Source: Hormiphora californensis
Taxonomy: Eukaryota > Animalia > Ctenophora
Direction of reading: 5' to 3'
Length of the DNA stretch: 64,000 nt
Assembly (NCBI GenBank): GCA_020137815.1
Contig: CM035352.1
Span: 5,518,001-5,582,000, forward strand
The translations under genes and the position numbers were made by a program. The notes below the pieces were generated by a model that was not told the origin of the DNA, ran no database searches, and was given only the letters and a program-made list of their open reading frames with translations. This document shows, one piece after another, positions 36,912 to 64,000 of the stretch (position 1 is its first letter; the number at the start of each line of letters is the position of its first letter).

Positions 36912-37110
36912 CTAAAGTTGTTTCTGGTCCACTTCCAAGAACCGTTCAACTGGCAGTGCAATTTCATATTGCTTGGCCGGCCTTCTCCTTCTGTGATGGT
37001 AATCTACAGTTTCAATTGCTAAATTGCTTCCAAAAGCCCGCTTCTTGGAGATTAGTACATCAACGTAGCGCGCGGTGGCTTGGAGGAGTAGAAATAGGGA
37101 AAACAGCAAT
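36912..37110 (-). CDS. Candidate small secreted peptide precursor
   Basis: (M)LFSLFLLLQATA signal-like N-terminus; KKR and RRRR cleavage-like sites; start codon uncertain (attg). Confidence 0.35.
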
Positions 37111-38724
37111 CTGTCCGCGCGCCGTACTACAGTGCTTCAAAGTCAAAATTTGTCCTCAAAATCACTTTCTCTCGGAGTCTGGTGCTGGAAAGTGGAAAGG
37201 GTTAACCAGTTAGCCATGTTAACGGTGTCATGATCATAGGCCATGATGTAATGGTGACTCTTCTTATTAATATTCAATCACATTATGTATGTGGGTTTTT
37301 ATAAAAATATCGTATCTCAGTAAAAAAAGGGACCGTTATTTGGCATATTATGTGCATGTCGAGGGATCACTATGATTTTATAAACATAAAACAGTACTCT
37401 CTGTCACTATGTCACAATCTTTTTCTATATCCACTGTCTTATTTTAATTTTGAATCTCTTTGACAGCGCCGAACATTATTAAATCCATGGAAGGTTAGGA
37501 AAAGTTGAAAAACTTTGCCATTTATCCGTTTTTTATGAACATGTTTTTAATTTAGCTGTCTCAACTCGTTAGTCAAGTGCTACAGAGAGTCCCTGCATTG
37601 TTGCATGGGTCCGTTGCTAATGGCAACACGTCCCAGATGGAGCTGCCAGTATCAAGTTACTTTACTTTACAAATTTCCTAGGGCCGCTCCTCTCTCTCTA
37701 TCCCTCTCCCATTATCTCTCTATCCCTCTCTCACTCATTATCTCTATCTTTGACCAGCATTTCGCATGAACTTGTAGCAGTTTTTTCATCTCTTTATGTC
37801 GTGATATGTGCCGACTTTAATGCGCTCACGCCGAGATAGAGCTTGAAGATATAATTCTACCTCTAACAGATCTATATCTGTCCATTTCGTGCTTCTCTGT
37901 ATCATATATGCACGGCCCTCTCTCTCCTGATGATCAGCGTGATTTAAAATGCTTGTCCATAGACAAAAACGAATCATCCTTATTCAAATCGATTATCACT
38001 GCATGACATGACTCTATCTCCCTCGGTGAGAGCTTCTATTTGGATCAGCTTCTAAGGCTCCGAAATATAAACTATCACTGTTCCTTCTTTACATAATTCT
38101 TTGTATTCCCATGTCCCTTTCTCTCGTCTAGAATACTTTGCTTGTTTCAAACTTTTCAACACTACTTTAAACAAATTAATTTGAGCAGCCTGATGATGTC
38201 GATGTTCGACGAAACCGTCGTGTGATTTATTTCCTGGAATAAAATAATTGTCTCAGTTGTCCATAAACTTCTATCAACTACTTTGCTTGTTGGTAGAATG
38301 AGAGTCTATCGAGACAGTTCTTGTGTTGATTCCTCATTGCAATAGGAAGTTTCCAGTCTCCCTGTGTGCGAGGGTGGTCTCCCTAGCAACCCAAAATCAA
38401 CTACCCAGCAACAAGAGACATAACAATTGTTAATGGCATCGGGTATGATCGTGGTAGGGAAGGTAAGAACTCTTAGTTATAATATTAATTACCCCCCCTC
38501 CCTATAATACATCATCATGTCAGTATGTATAGTGACTTCACACAAGCTATATATATCTCGCTCATTACATCTCTCCCGGAGTCTTCACTGTTCACTATTC
38601 ACTATTCAAGCCATGCTGTATAAGATTTTAAAGATGTCTTGTGACTGCCTGATATAGTTGCTTTCAATAGAACGTGATATCTAGCGGTGCATGTAGCACA
38701 TTTTCCGCTGCTTTTACTTTATTA

Positions 38725-38727
<3 letters not shown>

Positions 38728-38817
<90 letters not shown>

Positions 38818-38819
38818 TC

Positions 38820-38893
<74 letters not shown>
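38728..38893. repeat. (CT)n microsatellite; others at 33265-33310, 40184-40338, 43918-44072, 49428-49503, 53525-53667 and 56080-56186
   Basis: Visible runs. Confidence 0.95.
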
Positions 38894-38896
<3 letters not shown>

Positions 38897-40181
38897 GCTC
38901 TTCCTATCTCCCTCTCATCTATGTTGATAGAAAGCAGAATGCACAATGCACATTACTCCTGCTGTTGTAGTCAATGAATGAGAGATTGCTTGTACGGAAG
39001 AGAGTTAGTCAAAAAGACGTAGAGCAGAACGAGAGAGTTGTGGTATAGAAGGAGAGAGAGAGAGGTAGTAAGTGAGATGGAGAGTCAGAGAACAAGAGAG
39101 ATAGTGAGTGAGCTATCTACGAGATAGTTTAAACACACTTAGAGCACTGCTATTGATAACCTTTGCCGCTATAATACCTTCACTAGCTGTGTGATAGGAG
39201 TTATATTCTGATAGTTTGATTGGTTTAGTCGTTAGGTTTTAGGCTACACATGTGTCTCAGGCTATACACGACGTCTCTCCACCGTGCATATCGGTCCTAT
39301 TCGCCATTCGCTAACTCCAACTGGTTTTAAACCCATTCGAAGCTACAGACAAGAACAATTAGATATTATATGTGGATTGAGAAAAAAGAGAAGGAATGAA
39401 TTGAAGAGATAGATCGAGAGAGAGATCGGAGATATTTGCAGTGTATGTAGAAAATCTTGCTCTTTCTGCTTGCAACTTTTCTTCTGTGCTGGGATTTTTA
39501 TATGTATCACTATGCTGAACTTGACAGATCGCGATTGCTTATTTTGTTGTGACACTGTGACTATCAGAGCATAGGCCTGACCCTATTCCCATTTCTTTCA
39601 ACGCGAGAACTGTGGCCTGACAGCACTGTGAGGGATATATCTAGTAACCCGGATAATTAGTCTGATTACAATCTGATTCATAAATCGGGAAGAACTCGGA
39701 CTATCTGGGTTAATAGATATCCCCTTGTGCAGTTGTGAGTAATTGTGTGGGTGGAGGGGTCGGGGGGGGGGGGGGGTTTAGCTTTAATATTTTTGAAAAA
39801 ACCCACCAGCAAAGTAACTACAACGAACAACAACGCACTACAGCAGCTGGAGCAGACACCTAGCCGACAACGCACTACAACAATAGTAGACAGCTTGTGA
39901 ACCTAGTAATACCACGGTTTACAAATATCACGCTGCATTTCCAAGAAGCCATGAGTTCCTCGATCATGCGCTGCATGTGTTTTCCACCTCCGTCCTCCGC
40001 CCTTTTTTATTTTGATCTCTCCCTCCCAACCTCTCTAGTCTCTCTTTGTCTGGTGCTTGGTTTTGGAGTCAAGTTGACTTCTCCCCAGGTGTCTTATGAG
40101 AGGTCATTGAATATTCAAGAGTATCATTCTTGTTCATCATAGTTTCTCTCGTTCTATATATCTCTTCCTGCTCTCTTCTCA

Positions 40182-40341
<160 letters not shown>

Positions 40342-41232
40342 GGTATCTGTCTATGCTTGAGCCACATGTTGATTAGAAGCATTCTCAGTGCTCACTCTAA
40401 CGTGCGATGCCTAATAATCAACAAAGTAAAGACTCTCACCTTCTCGTTCTCTCTCTCTCTCTCTTTCTCTCTCTCTCCCTCTCTCTCTCCCTCTCTTTCT
40501 CTCCCTCTTACTTTTTTCTTGCCTCTTGCTATAACTACTATAGATCTCTCCTTCTACTCCCTGATTCTTAATCAGACCATTCTATCTCTCCACTCTCCAT
40601 CCTGTATGTTTTCTAGTGTGATCTCGTCTGTTCTGTGATCTTGTATTCTCTCCACCCCCATCCTCTCTGCAATGGCCCAACACCGCCCAAGTCTGGCGGG
40701 TTTTCAACAAGCTGTGAAACTCGTGATTTCCGGACAAAAAGTCAAGGTGCACTACTTCATTATTCCATCCTCACATCACCCCCGGTATTTTCATCAAACA
40801 AACAGAGTGGAATATGCACGTGTTTTTCCTAGAACTTTGCGGTGGCACGCGTTTTTTCCATTTAGAACTCCACTTTTGAATCTGAAGTTTTGTGTGTGTT
40901 GTACTCTCCGCGTGAAATAATGTACAATCGACGTTATGAGGTAGCTTCTTCCTATTCTCCCTATTTATTCCTCTTCAATGAAGAGTCTTCATCCCTATGC
41001 TTTATCTTTCAATCTCAAATGACAATCCTTATCCTTGTTCCTCTTCCCCTCTTTTTCCAATTTGTTTCCTCGTGTATCTCCCAACAGAAATCCGCTACAA
41101 CCGTTGCACCTGCCAAGCCAAACGTAAGTAGCTCACACAAACCACACAACGTGCTTCCAGTACTTAGTTTACTATATTTATCTCCCTCTCTCTTTATCTC
41201 CCTCTCTCTTTATCTCTCTATCGTTATTTGTC

Positions 41233-52222
<10,990 letters not shown>

Positions 52223-53535
52223 GTAAGTTGCAGATCAGCATTTTCATAAAGCACACAAACTATATTGGCATCAATCACACATACCACTTTATAATTTTCC
52301 TGGCATATTTTTTAATTCATCTTTTAACTTGCCAGTCATGACAATTTTTCATAAATGAGAAAACTACACAATCCAACAAAACCGATAAACGACTGAAATA
52401 GTATAGTAATTGGTGACATTGACACCTAGTGCGTGCGAGATCGAGCTCAATCTTGGTCGCGCACGGTGTCTATGTCACCAAGTATAGTAATACTATTACT
52501 AATTTAATCAAGCCTTTTCCCGTCCTGAAATCCGTGCTTGTCTCTCAGCTGCCCCCACCAAATTAACAAATTAACAAGACAACTGTATTCCGCAGGAAGG
52601 GAAAGGAAAGTTAAAGTAGCAGAATGCTGTATCTCTATTGATAAAGGAGTATTACTGCGTGCTGTGCATGTGTATAAGGAGTTGTCGATCATCATGATAC
52701 TGGGGAATGCAGTGAGAGAGAGTACTTTCTGGTGATGATAGGAAGATTACTGACAGATTGTATTAAAACAACAACGCAGTGCTCAGTTGAGAACCATGAA
52801 CAATCGATGTGACGTATATTTGCCGAGAAGTGTTCAGAGTGGAATATTGGGAATAATATTTGGTAATTGATCTGAGAGAGATATCGTGGTGTCAGAGGGG
52901 ATACATGCATACTTGTTGAAAATGATGTACAGATGTAAATGGCGGTCTGCAAAGTTATTGTTTTTTACACCACTTATCCAGTTTGTTTCAAATTATTAAG
53001 GAAGATACTGACCAATTTTAATCGAATGAGCCCACCTGACCGTCCCCGGGTGTACTATAACTGTACAAGGGTGTTGTATTGCATACCCCAGTGCGCTCAG
53101 ATGGGGTCGGCGGCGCCAGACAGCTTTCTGTCTACTACCCCGGCTGCAAAATTGTAACAAGACATACTGACTGGAGGCGCTGTCCCGATCTGAGCGTAGA
53201 TTCACAAGTTTTTCATACAGCACCATTGTCCTGAACTGAGCACAATTTGAATTAGTAATTGTCAGTTACTAATTCAAATTACTTCTTTCTTTGTGTCCCT
53301 CGCAAAATATTATGAACATCTGTTAGTATAAACACTGTTTATTAAACAGTGTGTACGGCCACTCTGTATCTCTCTCTCTCTCTCTCTCTCTCTCCCTCTC
53401 TCTGTAAAGAGCGAGAGAGACTGAGAGAGAGGCCTCCTCTCACTCTCAGAGGAAACAATCAAATAAACTGCGAAGCAAGGTGGTAAAACAGTCCTGTGCA
53501 GCACATCATCTCGTCTAGCTCATCCTCTCTCTCTC

Positions 53536-53613
<78 letters not shown>

Positions 53614-53625
53614 ACTCTCTCTCTC

Positions 53626-53671
<46 letters not shown>

Positions 53672-53788
53672 TCTCCTCTCAAATAATTCATTACACAGTA
53701 TTGCTCTTGGCTTGTTGTGTGCTCCTCAATACATCTCCCGTACCACTAATAATAATTGGTGCCTGTACCTCGTGAAACTGATCAGTCA

Positions 53789-54990
53789 ATGTTTATTATT
53801 TTATTTTACGGAGGTACGACCAAATTATTGCCTTGCTTGACCCTCTCTCAGTACCCCAGAGAGGGGTTTGAACAAAACAGCCAAATTATACTGTGTCAGT
53901 ATCTTCCTAGTTTATTGAATGAATTGTTCCGAAGGCCAACCTATCCTCCTGACCCTTATCCCCCTATCCAATTGTTTCAGAGGGAGGAGAGGCGTTGTTA
54001 AATCCCAATTGTCCCATCCTGAACCTGCTTCACATGGTACGGAAGTTATGTGGTATAACTGACTCTGACATTGACCTATGTACCCTGAGGGGTGTGGTCA
54101 GTCATCTCAGCACTGTCCCCAGTCAAAGTGTTTCAGCAAGGCCCTTCCTGAAGGAACGAACTGGTTATGTTGTCGTCAGGGTTATCAGTAAGTAGAAATT
54201 CTACTAGAATCGAAGTAGAACGTGTGGGAGCTAAAAGTCGTTGGGATGTCGGGCCATGAGTTGCTGAGTACACCCGGCTCAACTGTCTGGCGCCGCGACC
54301 CCATCTGAGACCCCATTGAGAATCAAATGGGGTATGCCATACAGCCAGCTCAACAAGGTATGATGTTGGTGACGTACCACTGGTACTACTAGCGGGACGG
54401 GACCAGGGTAGCTGTAGAATAGTTAATCACTTGATTATATTTTCAGAGAATGATAACTACATTCGCTACTTTCCTCTCTGTCATACCTCCCTACAAACCA
54501 AGGACTTCCTCACTCAGTTGAGAGGTATGTGTTTTGCAAAATGTAGTAGGACCGGGGGGGGGGGGTTGGAGCCAGGATAGTAGGGGAAGTAACCAATTCA
54601 ATTGGTATCAATGACTCACACTAAATCGTGATTAGCAGTATTAACACAGTGGGGATGGGTTTGTTGAGAAAGGGGTTGAGTAATGAGTAACAAGGTGGGA
54701 ATGGGGATAGTGGTGACCCCAACTGCTACATGTTAACGTAGTGCCCTTAATACCAGCCCGTAGTATTTTCCCTTTCAGAGCAAGAGAGGCTTGGTACAGA
54801 TACAGGGAGTAATGACACCAATTCCACCTCCAACTGCGTCCAAAAAGAGGCCCGATTTATTGAGGATATCCAGAGTGTAGCACGATCCTCCAAACGAGGA
54901 AAGAAATCTGTGGTCAGTGCAGTTTCTAACCAGCTAGGAGTGCCTGGTTCCACTGGGTCTAGAAAATCCGCATCCTCCCTCCATAAATAA
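53789..54990 (+). CDS. CXorf65/C22orf15-like protein; exons 53789-53813, 53981-54187, 54447-54524, 54779-54990
   Basis: MFIILFYGEGGEALLNPNCPILNLLHMVRKLCG...IDLC...ARPFLKERTGYVVVRV matches the remembered CXorf65 pattern MFI...G.....N.NC....L...R......IDLC. Confidence 0.75.
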
Positions 54991-55622
54991 CCGCACACTC
55001 GTTCTGAGAAGACTCAAGATGGACCATATCAAAGAGTGTGCGGCTATGTGCCCTAAAATACATTTAAAGACAGTGTTTTCAGTTGGTAAAAATCAAATTT
55101 GATCATATCACATGTGTACGAAACCTTCTCACACCACTCTCACTATTTGGATTTCCGATCCACTCCAAACTTTCAACTGAGGGTGGGTTAAGTTTGAAGT
55201 GGGAAGCGATCTATTATCATGCCGAGTAGCTCGCTGACTAAAAATACAACAGAAAGATGCCCCTAACTAGAGGGGACCAAGCGTTTTGTGCTAAGAGAAT
55301 TTACTAACATACATAGCAGTCAGCCACGAAAAAGCCACTTATAATATTCATGATTCCCCTGTGTTAAGATATATCTCCTGTGTAGATATTGCCCTCTGTA
55401 AAATATAACGTTGTTTGGGAGATTTACACACACAATATAGTGGCTATCACAGAATATTAAATGTGGCCAACTTCGCCCCCATTATAAAACGAACAATAAC
55501 ATAACTCTGCCAACTCAGATACGATTATACAACGCTTATAAACCACACTACACAGTCCTTCAATCTTCACAGCTCTAGATACGAATTATTTGTTTGATAC
55601 GAAGTCCTTTCTTTCTCCAACG

Positions 55623-61449
<5,827 letters not shown>

Positions 61450-61632
61450 GCCTACAATCAATTGTGTTAGTAGTTAGTTACTACATACTGGCAAAAATAT
61501 CATCATCGGTTCAAAGTCATTTCAATCACTCGAGAAGGAGAGTGTGACTCAGAAGGGAGAGATCTCCCCAAAAAAATGCAGGAGCAAAGAACTTTAAATC
61601 AAATAAGCGTCTCGGAATTATTTAGGTCTTAA

Positions 61633-62101
61633 AGTGAGAGTGGACCGGATCAGAATTGGACAAGTTTTTTGTAGGTAGTAGAGATTTGATTTCTGAGCAT
61701 TTTGCATTTTTGCCGCTCAAAATCGACCCAGCCATCACTAAGATATTTTTGTTATGTTGGGAGAATTCCTGCTGGATCAATATTTATCAAACAGGATAGA
61801 AACAATCCTTGTGTTTTACAAACACATTCTTTAAATTTTTAATATGCTGGCTTGCATTGCCCTGCTTCTGTGCATGGACATGTCAACCTCACTGCTTATA
61901 TTCAGAATGTGTTAGTAAAACACCAAGATTGTTTCTTTTCTGTTTTATTCATACTGATTAAACAGGAGTTCTCCCAACATAACAAAAATATCTCAGTGAT
62001 GGGTGAGTCGATCTTCAGCGGCAAAAACGCAAAATGCTCAGAAAGCTAATCTCTACTACCTACAACAAACTTGTCCAATTCTGATTCGGTCCACTCTCAC
62101 T
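61633..62101. mobile_element. Foldback MITE, Kolobok-like (TTAA TSD, AG terminus, about 200-bp TIRs)
   Basis: ttaa|agtgagagtggacc ... ggtccactctcact|ttaa. Confidence 0.88.
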
Positions 62102-62297
62102 TTAAATGCATGGCCTGTTTTCACCAATAATGAATAATCGCTCATAATCAAGAATCGAGATTCAAGATTTAAATAGCAGGCAGCTCAAAGACGAACTTGT
62201 GAGCTGTATGTGTTGTGAGTTGTTCTGAGCTGTGAGTGTTATTTGGTACAGAAAAAGACAATTCCGAGAATCCTTAGTATATTACTCTGAATAAGAA

Positions 62298-63250
62298 GTT
62301 TACAAGTTTACAAGTTTACAAGTTTACAATTAAAGTTTTATTTATAAAGAAACAGGCCTTCCCTGAATGGGTCCACCTAAATAAAATCAAGTTGAAAAAC
62401 TATCCCTTCACACTCACACTCATCAGCACAGCACAGCACATTGAGGCGAAAGGTCATTTGGAAGTGGCGGGTACCCTCTGACTGGAGGACGATCGTGAAA
62501 TCCTGTCAAGTAATTGCCCAATGATGATTTGAACTGGTTCAAGCTCACACAAGAATTGACAGCAGCAGGTAGAGTGTTCCATAAATGAGCTGCTCTTGGA
62601 CCAAATGAGCAGTGAAATTGATTAGCTCGTTTCGTTTCTGCTCTATAGGGGTAAGGTGGTGGGACTATCCGCATACCCAGTCTAGCGTGCTGTTGAAATA
62701 CTAGGTTGGCAGAGTTAGGTACAAAACCATGAATCGTCTTCCACACATGAATCAGAATGTAGCGCTGTCTCCGACGCTGAAGGGACATAAGATTGAGCAA
62801 TTTCAGTCTATCCCAATAGTCATGACCCTGCATACCATCAAGACGTCTGGTGAAACAACGTTGGACATTCTCAATAGCCTTGATATCACCAGCCTTGGAA
62901 GGGTTCCAGACTAGGCAACAGTACTCAAGAATAGGCCTGACCAAGGACTTGAAAAGCTGTACCATAACCTCCGGAGAACGGTCCCGAAAAACGCTGAATA
63001 TCCAGCCACTCAAGAGGGAAGCCTTCCGCACTATGATAGAAATGTGCCTCGTCCATGACCCATCTGCAGACATCTGGACACCCAGATCACGAACATCAGG
63101 TTCGGGGGTCAACTGCACACCTGAGCTTGTAGTATATGAAAACACTTCAGCTGCGAAAGGAAACTGTCTGAGGATAGCAGACTTATTCAGACTATAGCTC
63201 AAGAGCTGAAATTTATCCTCATGTAACTTCATATTGTTCTTCTTTGCCCA
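62298..63250 (-). mobile_element. 5'-truncated non-LTR retrotransposon (CR1/L2-group LINE): ORF2 C-terminus and 3' tail
   Basis: WAKKNNMKLH..VRDLGV..LFKSLVRPILEYCCLVWNP..ENVQRCFTR..LWNTLP; (TAAACTTG)n tail at 62298-62329. Confidence 0.9.
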
Positions 63251-63633
63251 TAATAAAGTTCAAGAGCCTCCAAGAGCGCACCCCATCCAAGAGAGACCAA
63301 AATCAAGAGCGCACCACAATCAAGAGAGACCAAAATCAAGAGCACACTACAATCAAGAGAGACCAAAATCAAGAGCACACCAGAATCAAGAGAGACCAAA
63401 TCAAGAGCGCACCACAATCAAGAGAGACCAAAATCAAGAGAGACCAAAATCAAGAGCACACCAGAATCAAGAGAGACCAAATCAAGAGCGCACCACAATC
63501 AAGAGAGGCCAAATTCAAGAGCGCACCACATCTGGTATCTTCTGGATAGGGAGCTCTCTTGATTGTGGTGCGCTCTTGATTTTGGTCTCTCTTGGATGGG
63601 GTGCGCTCTTGGAGGCTCTTGAACTTTATCATG
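63249..63633. mobile_element. MITE with P-element-like CAT(G/A)ATAAAG termini and many CAAGAG subterminal repeats
   Basis: About 80-bp TIRs; internal tandem 12-36-bp units. Confidence 0.75.
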
Positions 63634-63892
63634 GTTCCTTATTGAAACTGAAAAGAACAGGCAACTATTTTTAGTTTTTGAAAGTTGAAACTAATTTTTA
63701 AAAAATGAAAAATCACCAAAATTTTTTTTCAGGTTTTTCAGGTTTTTTTTAAGCTGACAAAATTGACATTCATTGCGCGGCGGGCTCTGTTGGCATGCGC
63801 TGCATAACCCCGGCGCGCGTTTTTCAGGCCATGGCCGGGATTATATTATGTTATTTCGCGAAATTTCGCAAAATTTCGTTTTTTTTAAAATA

Positions 63893-64000
63893 GGGCGCGA
63901 TTATAATCTGGGTGCCTTGCAGCCTGTTTACAGGTGCGCGCTGCCAAAGGAGTATACTTAGACCGACTTTTTTCAAACGGCTATAAAGTCGGATTTTTTG
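63893..64000. mobile_element. Left end of a second copy of the 28386 MITE, interrupted at about 63981 by the 29798-family terminus
   Basis: Near-identical to 28386-28472, then taaagtcggattttttg. Confidence 0.75.

Noticed and set aside
63234-63674. Repetitive QERPKSRAH protein
   Set aside because: Translation of MITE subterminal repeats

Overview
Intron-rich eukaryotic (animal) genomic DNA. It has short GT-AG introns, many (CT)n microsatellites and many MITEs. A 105-bp CAGGAACCGA repeat resembles, from memory, an abundant Pleurobrachia repeat, so a ctenophore origin is plausible but unproven. Genes reconstructed by hand: a MEI1-like ARM protein followed 85 nt later by PSMA7; two unknown genes; a stand-alone Regnase-1 N-terminal (UBA-like) mini-protein; a claudin/PMP22-like gene hosting an antisense Ly6/uPAR GPI-protein gene; an adhesion GPCR; a long coiled-coil gene hosting up to three nested genes, one of them a class A GPCR; a CXorf65-like gene; SPTLC2 with a probable nested antisense gene; and a truncated LINE. 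The most unusual signal is a set of intronic tandem arrays made of complete copies of the downstream 3' splice site (branch point + AG + first exon bases). In each of three cases the branch-point TAA/TGA is an in-frame stop for every decoy acceptor. The assembly carries many single-base insertion errors, so frameshifts are not taken as evidence of pseudogenes. All homology calls come from remembered motifs; no searches were run.
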